Translations under genes and position numbers: made by a program | Notes under the pieces: model-generated | Told to the model about the DNA's origin: nothing | What the model saw: the letters and a program-made list of their open reading frames with translations, nothing else | Databases searched by the model: none | In this document: positions 1 through 9,067 of the stretch, in pieces | How the letters are laid out: every line of letters starts with the position of its first letter | Position numbering within the stretch: position 1 is the first letter of the stretch | NCBI GenBank assembly: GCA_963815055.1 | Contig: CAWFEU010000009.1 | Span: forward strand, 158,435 to 222,434 | Reading direction: 5' to 3' | Length of the DNA stretch: 64,000 nucleotides | Source: an uncultured Alphaproteobacteria bacterium | GTDB taxonomy: Bacteria; Pseudomonadota; Alphaproteobacteria; Rhizobiales; Xanthobacteraceae

Positions 1-178
1 GCCGCGTCGGTTCCCCGACCGAGGCGTAGACCGAGCGCTCGTCGATCGACGATGCTCCGCCGAGCGATGCGGTGTATTCGCCCGCGGCGGCACGACCAGC
101 CGGTGCGGCCACAATCGCCACGCCAGCGAGAACCAGCATCGCGCTGGCTCGAAGTGCCTGTCCGAAACGCCTAGCCAT
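1..178 (-). CDS. 5' part of a probable transglutaminase-like cysteine peptidase (BTLCP family), running off the window edge
   Basis: Manual translation from ATG at 178: MARRFGQALRASAMLVLAGVAIVAAPAGRAAAGEY...VYASVGEPTR. It has a signal peptide and an N-terminal motif typical of rhizobial BTLCPs, and a BTLCP is the usual neighbour of the PilZ gene. The catalytic domain lies outside the window. Confidence 0.6.
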   Translation of the reverse strand, partial: MARRFGQALRASAMLVLAGVAIVAAPAGRAAAGEYTASLGGASSIDERSVYASVGEPTR

Positions 179-525
179 TTGTGGCCCCTTCCCGTCTTGT
201 TGGGGCCACATTTCTCACAAACCACTTGTATTGGCGCTAAGTCTGGCAAGTCATTTTGAGAATAACTAAAGTAAAACTAGCCACGAATACTCATAAAACT
301 GAAATCGAATTCGATTAAATTCTTAGCAAATACAATTTAGCTAAAATTGTTGCTATTAACGTCTGGGAGACAAAATCCTGCGGCTGCACGGGGCTTCGCG
401 CGCGCGCGTTTACGTTTGGCGGTGTCAGGAATTGGTCAGTGGCGTCGCTGCGGCGGCCCGCTCGTTTACAGGGCCGTTGCCGCCGGCACGCACTATTGCA
501 GGTAAGAATTTACGGAGCGGTGACG

Positions 526-1149
526 CTATCCGCCAGTCACGTTTTCTTCGACGAAATCGGGGTGTTGCAGGCGCATGAATTCGATCGCGAAGCCGTCCTC
601 GATGTGGCGGACGACGCGTCCTTGCGTCTTGCCGATCGTGACGACAACTCCGACCGGTGGGCGCAACTCGGGCGAAATGCCGATCGCCGCGCCCGACTGC
701 GAAAGATCGATGACCCGGCAAGCGACATTGGTCCCGTTCGGCAGGACCAGCCGTGCCATTGCATTGCGTGGCGCAAAGCGCCCATGACGGCGGTCTTCCG
801 GCAGATTGAGGATCTGCCGATTGGCAAGCCATGTCAGTTGCGCGGCGAGCTTGTCGCGCTTGCGCAGGGTTGCCGAAATGGTCATGGCAAAACCGTTCTC
901 GATGGTGCGCGCCACTTTGCCCTCGAGCCGGCCAATATGATCGATATAGGCGATAACTTTTTCGCCGGGCTGGCCGGCCATTGGTGCAATTACCGCCATG
1001 CCGCCCGGTGACATGTCGACCACCTGGCACGGGAATTCCCGCCGGTCCGCCAGCATGTAACGGCCAAGCAGGTTGACCTTCACGCGTTGATGACGCCGGC
1101 GTTCCTCGGCCAGAGGCAGTATCACCGGTTTTGTCAGTGGCATTGCCAT
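526..1149 (-). CDS. Tandem PilZ-domain c-di-GMP receptor protein
   Basis: Two RxxxR/DxSxxG pairs (RRRHQRV...DMSPGG; RRHGRF...DLSQSG). ATG 1149 preferred over TTG 1188. Confidence 0.85.
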   Translation of the reverse strand: MAMPLTKPVILPLAEERRRHQRVKVNLLGRYMLADRREFPCQVVDMSPGGMAVIAPMAGQPGEKVIAYIDHIGRLEGKVARTIENGFAMTISATLRKRDKLAAQLTWLANRQILNLPEDRRHGRFAPRNAMARLVLPNGTNVACRVIDLSQSGAAIGISPELRPPVGVVVTIGKTQGRVVRHIEDGFAIEFMRLQHPDFVEENVTGG

Positions 1150-1193
1150 AGGTTTCGGGATCGGAAAGCCTTTTTCCGCGATCTCCAAGCCTA

Positions 1194-1219
1194 TTAGCCT
1201 ATCGTTAACGATGTGTTAG
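1194..1219. promoter_or_regulatory. Tandem CtrA-like binding site upstream of the PilZ gene
   Basis: TTAG-cctatcg-TTAA-cgatgtg-TTAG, two N7 spacings, versus the CtrA consensus TTAA-N7-TTAAC. Confidence 0.6.
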
Positions 1220-1821
1220 CTGGCCCGTCCACCGGGGTGCCCGCGGCCGCCGGTGTAGACCTGGAAGCCATGGCGCAGACGGTGTCCCTCGCGCGCCAGT
1301 CCGAAGCGTGGAACACCCGTGCCGGATTGCCGGCCGTCAAGATGGCGCAACGTTTTCAACTCCAGCTCAATAACGGGCTGCTCGCCCAGCCAATAAGGCG
1401 GCGTGAGCGGGACCAAGACGCCGAGCGCGCGAACACGCGCCTGGCCCGCATGAGCGAGCGGCAGTAGCAATAATTCCAACTCCACCTCATCGCCATTTTC
1501 CGTTCGTCCAACAATGCCTGTGACCGCCCCGATTTTTTCATCGATCACCGCGGTCAGCAGGTTCTCGATCTGCTCGCTGCACGACTTGCTCCATTGCGCG
1601 CTGAATGCTTCGCCTTTTATTTCGCGGGTGAACAGTGCGCAGACCCGGGTTCCCGCCAGCCGAAATCTGATGTCATCAGCAAAATCCGCGGCAAGCATGA
1701 AAGTGTCGCCGAGAACATGGCGGATATCCGCGGGATCGATATCGGAGCGGTCAGGCGCCGCGCGCCTGCCACGCTGCCGGTTCCAATAATCGAATATCGC
1801 GCGCGTCGAAGCGTGTTTCAT
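1216..1821 (-). CDS. PAS_5 (DUF1457) domain protein
   Basis: MKHASTRAIFDYWNRQRGRRAAPDRSDIDP...FRLAGTRVCALF is the typical rhizobial PAS_5 signature. Confidence 0.8.
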   Translation of the reverse strand: MKHASTRAIFDYWNRQRGRRAAPDRSDIDPADIRHVLGDTFMLAADFADDIRFRLAGTRVCALFTREIKGEAFSAQWSKSCSEQIENLLTAVIDEKIGAVTGIVGRTENGDEVELELLLLPLAHAGQARVRALGVLVPLTPPYWLGEQPVIELELKTLRHLDGRQSGTGVPRFGLAREGHRLRHGFQVYTGGRGHPGGRAS

Positions 1822-2029
1822 TGCCAAACCTGTTCCGTCGCGACACGCCAAGTGCGGCCTGTGTGTTGCGTCTGTCCCCGATCGGGACAGGCGCGACGGC
1901 TTTTGTGCCGCGATGTCGTCTAAGGAGCAGGGGCCGTGCCGCGGGTGTCTGCCAAGGCAGGCGGACGGCGGTTAGTGTTAAAATTAGAGTCGGATTGGCA
2001 GCCGCGGGGCGCGTGCCTATGGTCCCGGT

Positions 2030-2159
2030 CGATCCATGTGGCGCACCGGACCAAAGAGTTGGGAGCCCGGGGAGGCGAGGGATGTGACCAAGCCGTAAAG
2101 GCGCGGCAATAACCCCGCAACGCGGCTCAAGGGAGGGCGAAAGCCCTCCCTTTTTCTTT
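2030..2159 (+). ncRNA. Candidate intergenic small RNA (family not recognised)
   Basis: Sigma70-like promoter TTGGCA(1995-2000)-N17-TATGGT(2018-2023), no credible ORF, and a strong intrinsic terminator at the 3' end. Confidence 0.5.
2129..2159 (+). terminator. Rho-independent terminator
   Basis: AAGGGAGGGC-GAAA-GCCCTCCCTT hairpin followed by a T-rich tract. Confidence 0.8.
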
Positions 2160-2228
2160 GAGCCGGCCATGCGGCTTGCGGGGGAATAGCGAACCAGCGT
2201 AACTCAATTTCCGCATCGGGCCTTCCTC

Positions 2229-2975
2229 GTGAAACGCGAACCGCTATTCAACATTCCTCCGGTTGTCGTCTTTGTGCTGGCCGTGCTGGCACTTGTCCAT
2301 GTCGTGCGCACATTCATTCTGAGCGAGCAGCAGGACATCGAATTCCTGCTCAATTTTGCTTTCATCCCGGCGCGCTACGATAGTTCCTTTGTACTCGGGG
2401 GCGCGTTACCTGGCGGCGGCGCGGAAGTATGGACATTTGTCACCTACGCTCTCATCCATGCCAACTGGATGCATCTTGGCGTCAACGCGGTTTGGTTGCT
2501 GCCTTTCGGCAGCGCAGTGGCGCGCCGTTTTGGCACAACACGATTTTTGATGTTTCTTGCCGTGACGGCAGCGGCGGGAGCGGCTTTGCACCTGGCCACG
2601 CATGTCGGTGAGCAATTCCCGATGATCGGAGCATCTGCATCGATTTCCGGAGCGATGGCGGCGGCCATGCGGTTTGTTTTTCAACACGGAGGGCCGCTCG
2701 GATTATTGCGTGGCGCAGACGACCGCGCTTATCGCGTGCCGGCCATTCCGTTGAGCGGCTTGTTGCGTGATGCCCGCGTGCTGCTTTTCCTCGGCGCATG
2801 GTTTGGCATCAACCTGTTGTTCGGGCTCGGGTCCCTTCCGATTTTGGGCGGCGACCAACCCGTCGCCTGGCAGGCGCATATCGGCGGCTTCCTCGCGGGA
2901 TTGCTGTTGTTTTCCTGGTTCGACCCAAAACCGGATTTTCCGCAATTCGACGATTCTGCTGCAACGCGGCATTAG
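2229..2975 (+). CDS. Rhomboid family intramembrane serine protease
   Basis: HANWMHLGVN, GAS(ASISG) catalytic Ser motif, AWQAHIGGFLAG catalytic His; multiple TM segments. Confidence 0.9.
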   Translation: MKREPLFNIPPVVVFVLAVLALVHVVRTFILSEQQDIEFLLNFAFIPARYDSSFVLGGALPGGGAEVWTFVTYALIHANWMHLGVNAVWLLPFGSAVARRFGTTRFLMFLAVTAAAGAALHLATHVGEQFPMIGASASISGAMAAAMRFVFQHGGPLGLLRGADDRAYRVPAIPLSGLLRDARVLLFLGAWFGINLLFGLGSLPILGGDQPVAWQAHIGGFLAGLLLFSWFDPKPDFPQFDDSAATRH

Positions 2976-3020
2976 GTAATTGTGTATTGCAGCCCTGTGC
3001 TCGCGCATTTGCGTCTTGAC

Positions 3021-3046
3021 GGAACCGGCGCAGTAGCAGGATCGTT
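3021..3046 (+). promoter_or_regulatory. EcfG (general stress sigma) type promoter for the CBS gene
   Basis: GGAAC-N17-CGTT exact match, 57 bp before the ATG at 3103. Confidence 0.6.
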
Positions 3047-3102
3047 CCCCCCATGGTTGCGCATGACCTTTTCAGAACCATTCATGCGCCAGGGAGGCTG
3101 CC

Positions 3103-3540
3103 ATGAACGTCAAGGCGATCCTGGCCGCCAAGCAATTGGGCGGCGACACGATTACGATCGAACCTACCGCCACTCTTGCGGCGGCGGCGAAGCTGCTTTC
3201 GGCACACCGCATCGGTGCAGTATTGATCCGCGGCGCGGGCGGGCGTCTCTCCGGCATTTTGTCGGAGCGCGACATTGTACGCGCACTATCCGATCACGGC
3301 GCTGAAGCGCTTGCTTTGCCGGTCGGGCAGGTAATGACCCGCGACATCGAGACCTGCGGTGAGGATGACGTTGTTGCGAGCATCATGGAGCGCATGACGG
3401 CAGGGCGATTCCGCCATATGCCGGTGGTCAAGAATGGAAAACTCGTGGGCCTGATTTCAATTGGCGACGTGGTCAAGAAACACGTCGATGAGATCGAGCG
3501 CGAGTCCGAGGCGATGCGCGACTATATTCGCACCGCGTAA
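3103..3540 (+). CDS. CBS-pair domain protein
   Basis: GILSERDIVR and RHMPVVKNGKLVGLISIGDVVK motifs; GGAGG RBS. Confidence 0.9.
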   Translation: MNVKAILAAKQLGGDTITIEPTATLAAAAKLLSAHRIGAVLIRGAGGRLSGILSERDIVRALSDHGAEALALPVGQVMTRDIETCGEDDVVASIMERMTAGRFRHMPVVKNGKLVGLISIGDVVKKHVDEIERESEAMRDYIRTA

Positions 3541-3547
3541 CTCACGA

Positions 3548-4564
3548 CTACAGTGTGCTGCCGTTCGCCGGCTGCGACAACGCAGTAACCGCTTCGCTGA
3601 CCGCGTCGATTGCTTTTTCGGCGGCTTCGGCGCCGATGTCGATTGCCTGACCCGCGCGATGAAAATCAAACCAGCCAATGGCGCCGAGCCGCGGACTGAT
3701 CAGAACGTCAGGCGGATCACCGGCAAGCCGCGCACGTGTGATGCGGTCTTGCATTACGTTGAAGGCCTCGACCATCACAGTCGGAAGCCCGGGGCGGCCG
3801 CGTCTGCCGAAAAATTGCCGGCGCAGCGAGCGTTCGCCCGAGAACATTCCGCGCAGGCCATTGGGCTTTGTCTCAGCACTGACGAGATCGCCGTCGTCGG
3901 ATCCATGGCTGGCGATAATGGTGCCGCGTCCGAACAAATCCGAATTGAGATTGACGGCGATGACCAGTCGTGCGCCGAGCGCGCGCGCGGCGGAAACCGG
4001 TACCGGGTTAACCAACGCACCGTCCACCAGCCACCGGCCTCCGATCAGAACGGGGGGGAATATTCCAGGCAGCGCATAGGACGCACGCAGCGCATCGCTC
4101 AATCGTCCGCGCGTCAGCCAGATTTCGTGGCCGGTGTTGAATTCGGTGGCGATCGCCGCGAAACGGATCGGCAGATCGTCAATCCGGCTCTCCTTGAGGC
4201 CGGACTCCAGGCGCGAGGCAAGGTGACCGCCACCGATCAATCCAGAACCTGACAGACTGATATCGAGATAACTCAAAACGCCGCGCACGGTGAGCGTGCG
4301 CGCCCAGCTTTCCAGGTTCTCCATTTCCTTCGCGGCATAACAGCCACCTACGACAGCGCCGATCGATGTGCCGACGATGACGTCAGGCACAATTCCGTGC
4401 GCGAGCAACGTCCGCATTACGCCGATATGGGCAAAGCCGCGCGCGGCGCCGCCACCGAGAGCCAGACCAATTGTGGGACGTGTGGTTGCCGGCCGCGGTT
4501 GCGTTGTGGCTTCCGCGGTGCGGTCGCCATTGCGCGCTCGCGCGAATAGGCCCTCGAACACCAA
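3548..4564 (-). CDS. Patatin-like phospholipase (RssA/NTE family)
   Basis: GGGAARG, GTSIG and DGA motifs. Confidence 0.9.
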   Translation of the reverse strand: MVFEGLFARARNGDRTAEATTQPRPATTRPTIGLALGGGAARGFAHIGVMRTLLAHGIVPDVIVGTSIGAVVGGCYAAKEMENLESWARTLTVRGVLSYLDISLSGSGLIGGGHLASRLESGLKESRIDDLPIRFAAIATEFNTGHEIWLTRGRLSDALRASYALPGIFPPVLIGGRWLVDGALVNPVPVSAARALGARLVIAVNLNSDLFGRGTIIASHGSDDGDLVSAETKPNGLRGMFSGERSLRRQFFGRRGRPGLPTVMVEAFNVMQDRITRARLAGDPPDVLISPRLGAIGWFDFHRAGQAIDIGAEAAEKAIDAVSEAVTALSQPANGSTL

Positions 4565-4730
4565 GACCAGTTACTCCCTGTCCCCCGGACCTACCTGGAT
4601 AACCCTGACACGGGTCTATCACTCCAACAGTCCGAAGATTGCTGGCGGAGTTTGTGACCGAAACGTGACAGGGAGCGTGCGCCCGGCAGATTACGTAAAT
4701 GTTAAATGTCGCAGCCCGCCAATTGGTTCC

Positions 4731-5300
4731 TCAGGCGCCAAATCGCGTGACAATCGCGTTGAGCTCGGGCCGCTCCCGGTCTTCCGGCGGCTTGGCCGGA
4801 CGGCCGACATGCACGAAGCCGGCAATTCGCTCATTCGCAGCAAGTCCAAGCGCATCGAGTACGCGCCGGTCATAGGCATACCACTCGGTGATCCAGCTCG
4901 CGGCATAGCCGAGTGCATGTGCTGCAATAACGAGAGTCATTGCCGAGGCTCCCGCCGAAAGTTGCTGCTCCCATTCGGGGATTTTCACATGCGGCCCGGC
5001 CCGGCTGACGACGGCGATAACGAGCGGCGCGCGCGCCAGCCGATTGCGCTCGAAGTCGATCTGGTCGGGCGTGGCATCGGGGCGATTGGCGCGAAATGCC
5101 GAAGCGATCGCTTCACCCGCTGTCTTGCGCGCCTCGCCTTCGAACAGGATAAAGCGCCATGGCGCCAGCTTGCCATGATCAGGGACCCGCGATGCAATTC
5201 TCAGCAGCGTTTCAATCTCGGCTTCCGTCGGGCCGGGGCCGGCAAGCTCAATCGGTTTTACCGACCTTCGGGTCGTGAGCAGCTCGAGTGCATCGGGCAT
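4731..5300 (-). CDS. Nitroreductase (YdjA-like)
   Basis: TRRSVK, RVPDHGKLAPWRF and KIPEWEQ motifs. Confidence 0.9.
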   Translation of the reverse strand: MPDALELLTTRRSVKPIELAGPGPTEAEIETLLRIASRVPDHGKLAPWRFILFEGEARKTAGEAIASAFRANRPDATPDQIDFERNRLARAPLVIAVVSRAGPHVKIPEWEQQLSAGASAMTLVIAAHALGYAASWITEWYAYDRRVLDALGLAANERIAGFVHVGRPAKPPEDRERPELNAIVTRFGA

Positions 5301-5414
5301 CGGCAAGCCTCGTGAAAAATTGCGCAAATGCGCCTACCACGGCGTTAACGCACCTACAAACTCGCCGTCGCGTGGCTTGAAATCGCCGCGATTTGGGCAG
5401 AAAAGACCACGGTC

Positions 5415-6452
5415 ATGGAATGGGCACCAACAACCGCCACCCTGCGTGGCCGGCTATGGCCGGTGCTTGTGCTTGCCCTCGTTGCGGCCTCGCCCTCGGC
5501 TGCGGTGGGGCAATCGCTCGCGCAGAACTCGCTGTTTTCGGCGACGCCGTCGACCGGGCTGATCTCGCCGATGCCGGCGACGCGCAGCGACATCTTCGGG
5601 CCGAGCAACTTGCCGGTAACGCCGCCCCCGCGCGCGCCGCAGCCCTCGTCATCTCCCGGCACGTCGACCGCCTCCATTCCCATGGTCCCGGCCGGACAAG
5701 TGGCGCTCGCGCTCAGTGCGCGCTTCGGCAAGGACGCGCCACCGATTGGCGGCGGATTGACCTGGCGCGTGTATGACGCCAAGGCCGACGCGAACGGAAA
5801 TTTCAAGCTCGTGAAGGAGGACAAATCGCCGGCGCCGACGCTCGTGCTTCCTTCCGGCGCTTATATCGTCCATGTCGGATTCGGACTAACGACCGCCGTG
5901 AAGCCGGTCGACTTGCGCGGCACGAGCGTGCACGAGGAATTCGATCTTCCGGCGGGCGGCCTGCGCATCGAAGGCAAGGTTGGCGATGTGCGTATCCCGG
6001 CCGGGCAAATCTCATTCGACGTCTACAAAGGAAGTCAGTTCGAAGCCGGCGACCGTCGCCCGATCGCAGAGCATGTGATGACCAGCGACGTCGTCATGGT
6101 GCCGGAGGGCACTTACTACATCGTCTCGAATTACGGTGATGCCAATTCGGTCGTGCGATCCGATATTCGGGTGCAGGCCGGCAAACTCACGGATATCACG
6201 GTGACACACCGCGCTGCCGCCATCACGCTCAAGCTGGTGAGCGACCGGGGAGGCGAAGCGCTCGCCAATACTGCCTGGTCGGTGCTTACACCCGGTGGCG
6301 ACGTGATCAAGGAGTTGATTGGAGCCTTTCCGCGCGTCATCCTCGCCGAGGGTGAATATCGCGCAATCGCTCGTAATGAGGGCAAAGTTTACGAACGCGA
6401 GTTCAAGGTTGTCACTGGCGTCGATGGCGATGTTGAGGTGCAGGCCCGCTGA
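5415..6452 (+). CDS. Conserved exported hypothetical protein
   Basis: Signal peptide, Pro/Ser-rich linker, then beta-rich repeats; GC3-biased 345-aa ORF. Confidence 0.75.
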   Translation: MEWAPTTATLRGRLWPVLVLALVAASPSAAVGQSLAQNSLFSATPSTGLISPMPATRSDIFGPSNLPVTPPPRAPQPSSSPGTSTASIPMVPAGQVALALSARFGKDAPPIGGGLTWRVYDAKADANGNFKLVKEDKSPAPTLVLPSGAYIVHVGFGLTTAVKPVDLRGTSVHEEFDLPAGGLRIEGKVGDVRIPAGQISFDVYKGSQFEAGDRRPIAEHVMTSDVVMVPEGTYYIVSNYGDANSVVRSDIRVQAGKLTDITVTHRAAAITLKLVSDRGGEALANTAWSVLTPGGDVIKELIGAFPRVILAEGEYRAIARNEGKVYEREFKVVTGVDGDVEVQAR

Positions 6453-6500
6453 AGCGCCGGCGATCTATCGAACCTTATTGTATCGGACGGAATTATAGTA

Positions 6501-7274
6501 GTGCAGACGATTGCCAACGACCCGGTCATGGATATTTTCGCCAGCCTTGATTTGAAAGCGATCGCTCTTTTGCTCGATGTGGATGGCACGATTATTGATA
6601 TCGGACCGTCACCAACCGATGTGCAGGTTTCCGGCGCATTGCTCGGTTCACTCAAGCGTCTGTTTGAGCTGACTGGCGGCGCCGTGGCATTGGTAAGTGG
6701 CCGGCCGCTCGGCGATCTCGATCGATTGTTTGCACCGCTGCATTTGCCCGCTGTGGGCGGGCACGGCGCGGAAATGCGTGTGCGCGACAACGAAGTTTAC
6801 TACTGGACGAAACCATTGCCGCAGGATCTGCGACGGAAGCTGGCGGACGCGCAGAACATAGGACCAGGCATTGTCGTCGAGGACAAAGGGTATTCGCTCG
6901 CGCTGCACTATCGGAAAGCGCCCCAGGAGGCCGAGCGCCTGCGCCGCCACGTGGCGGCGAGCCGGACGGCGTTCGCCGCCGAACCGACTGAACTGCTGCT
7001 GGGTAAGGCGATGTTCGAGGTCAAGCGTCCGGGCATCAACAAAGGCGACAGCATTCGCAAGTTGATGGCGCACCCGCCTTTCGCCGGCCGAATACCGGTG
7101 TTCATCGGCGATGATGTCACTGATGAATTAGTTTTTGAGATGCTGCCAGACATCGGCGGGAAGGGCTTTAGCGTGAACCGTTACTTTCCCGGATTGACCG
7201 GAATTTTCAAGGATCCGGCCCAGGTTCGCACCGCGCTGCAAACACTTGCGGACAACGGACAGGCTCGATCATGA
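6501..7274 (+). CDS. otsB: Trehalose-6-phosphate phosphatase
   Basis: HAD motifs DVDGT, SGR, K and GDDVTDE; operon with otsA. Confidence 0.9.
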   Translation: MQTIANDPVMDIFASLDLKAIALLLDVDGTIIDIGPSPTDVQVSGALLGSLKRLFELTGGAVALVSGRPLGDLDRLFAPLHLPAVGGHGAEMRVRDNEVYYWTKPLPQDLRRKLADAQNIGPGIVVEDKGYSLALHYRKAPQEAERLRRHVAASRTAFAAEPTELLLGKAMFEVKRPGINKGDSIRKLMAHPPFAGRIPVFIGDDVTDELVFEMLPDIGGKGFSVNRYFPGLTGIFKDPAQVRTALQTLADNGQARS

Positions 7275-9067
7275 CCGATTACGGACTTGATCTGGCGGTT
7301 ATAGGCAACGGGCGCACCGCGGCGCTGCTGGAGCCGTCCTCGCGCATCGTGTGGTGGTGCCTGCCGCGCTATGACGGCGACCCGGTGTTCTGCCGCTTGC
7401 TCGCCGGGGAGGAGGAAAAAGGTTTTACCGACGTGGTGCTAGAGGGCCAGGTTGAGACCCGTTCGGACTACGTCCGTAATACAGCGATCGTCGTTACAGA
7501 ATTGATCGACGATAGAGGCGGCGCCGTCCGCATCACGGATTTTGCGCCGCGCTTTCAGATTTTCGGCCGTACCTTCCGTCCGCCGCAAATCATGCGGATC
7601 ATCGAGCCGATTGGCGGTATGCCGCGTATTACGATTTGTTTCCGCACCACCCACCGCTATGGCGAGCCGGTGACCTCGCGCTCTTCCGGCAGCAATCACA
7701 TCCGGTTCTGGCGTGACGAGGTGCCGGTCAGGCTGACGACGGACGCGCCGCTCTCTTATATCGAAAACGAAGCCTCGTTCGTGCTGACGCGGCCGGTGCA
7801 TCTGGTATTCGGCACCGATGAGCCGTTCGAAGGGTCGCTTGAAACGACGTGCCGTGATTTTTCGGATCGCACCCGGGATTACTGGCTCGAGTGGGTGAGG
7901 CGGCTGGCTTTTTCGATTGACTGGCAGGACGAGATTATACGCGCCGGCATCACGCTCAAGCTTTGCAATTATGAGGAAACCGGCGCGATTGTTGCCGCAC
8001 TGACGACGTCAATTCCCGAAGGCCCCGGTTCTGGCCGCAACTGGGATTATCGCTTCTGCTGGATGCGCGATGCGTTCTTCGTTGTCCGCGCGCTCAATCG
8101 CATTGGCGCGACGCGCACCATGGAAGATTTTATCTCCTATATCCTGAGCGTCGCGGTTGGACGCGCGGATCAGTTGCGCCCGCTTTACGGGGTTGTGCAC
8201 ACGGACTTGCTTGAAGAGCGCACCGCTCCGGCGCTTGCCGGATACCGCGGCGACGGCCCGGTGCGGATCGGCAATGCCGCGGTCAACCAGAGCCAGCATG
8301 ATGTCTATGGCAGTATCATCATGGCGGCGACACCGATGTTTTTCGATCGCAGGCTGCCTCGGCCCGGCGACGCTGCGCTGTTTCACACGATTGAACCGCT
8401 CGGTGAGCAGGCGGCAAAGCTGGCACTTGAGCCGGATGCCGGCATTTGGGAATTCCGCGGTCGAACGCGCGTGCACACGCATTCGGCAGCGATGTGCTGG
8501 GCCGGCTGCCAGCGGCTTGGGGCGATTGCCGCCCACCTCAATCTTTCGGAGCGAGCCACCTATTGGGGTGAAACTGCCGCCCGCATCGGCGAACAGGTGC
8601 TCAAACACGCATGGAATCCCAAACGGAAGTCATTTTCAGCGGCATTTGAAAGCGACGACCTTGACGCCAGCGCGTTGCTGTTGGCTGAGCTCGGTCTGGT
8701 ACCACCGGACGATCCCCGGTTTGTGGCCACCGTTGAGGCCATCGGCCATGAACTTCGGCGCGGCAAATACGTTATGAGATATGTCGCGGCCGATGATTTC
8801 GGTCATCCGGAGTCGGCGTTTTTGATTTGCCGCTTCTGGTTAATCGATGCACTGTGGGAGATTGGGCGGCGCGATGAGGCTCGTGACATGTTTGCCGACG
8901 CGCTTCGAATGCGCAATCGCTATGGCCTCCTGTCGGAGGACATACACCCGGTGACCGGAAAATTGTGGGGGAATTTTCCGCAGACTTACTCAATGTCAGG
9001 ACTGACGTTGACGGCAATCAAGCTGTCGCGAAGCTGGGGAGACCGGTATTGGCGCGGCTCGTCGTAG
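7271..9067 (+). CDS. Glycoside hydrolase family 15 (trehalase/glucoamylase-like)
   Basis: RNWDYRFCWMRD, PDAGIWEFRG and GLLSED..GNFPQ motifs; ATGA overlap with otsB. Confidence 0.9.
   Translation: MTDYGLDLAVIGNGRTAALLEPSSRIVWWCLPRYDGDPVFCRLLAGEEEKGFTDVVLEGQVETRSDYVRNTAIVVTELIDDRGGAVRITDFAPRFQIFGRTFRPPQIMRIIEPIGGMPRITICFRTTHRYGEPVTSRSSGSNHIRFWRDEVPVRLTTDAPLSYIENEASFVLTRPVHLVFGTDEPFEGSLETTCRDFSDRTRDYWLEWVRRLAFSIDWQDEIIRAGITLKLCNYEETGAIVAALTTSIPEGPGSGRNWDYRFCWMRDAFFVVRALNRIGATRTMEDFISYILSVAVGRADQLRPLYGVVHTDLLEERTAPALAGYRGDGPVRIGNAAVNQSQHDVYGSIIMAATPMFFDRRLPRPGDAALFHTIEPLGEQAAKLALEPDAGIWEFRGRTRVHTHSAAMCWAGCQRLGAIAAHLNLSERATYWGETAARIGEQVLKHAWNPKRKSFSAAFESDDLDASALLLAELGLVPPDDPRFVATVEAIGHELRRGKYVMRYVAADDFGHPESAFLICRFWLIDALWEIGRRDEARDMFADALRMRNRYGLLSEDIHPVTGKLWGNFPQTYSMSGLTLTAIKLSRSWGDRYWRGSS

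Noticed and set aside
230-365. Very AT-rich intergenic stretch considered as a replication origin or sRNA
   Set aside because: No DnaA-box cluster or terminator seen; best explained as the promoter region of the BTLCP-like gene, with only CtrA half-sites.
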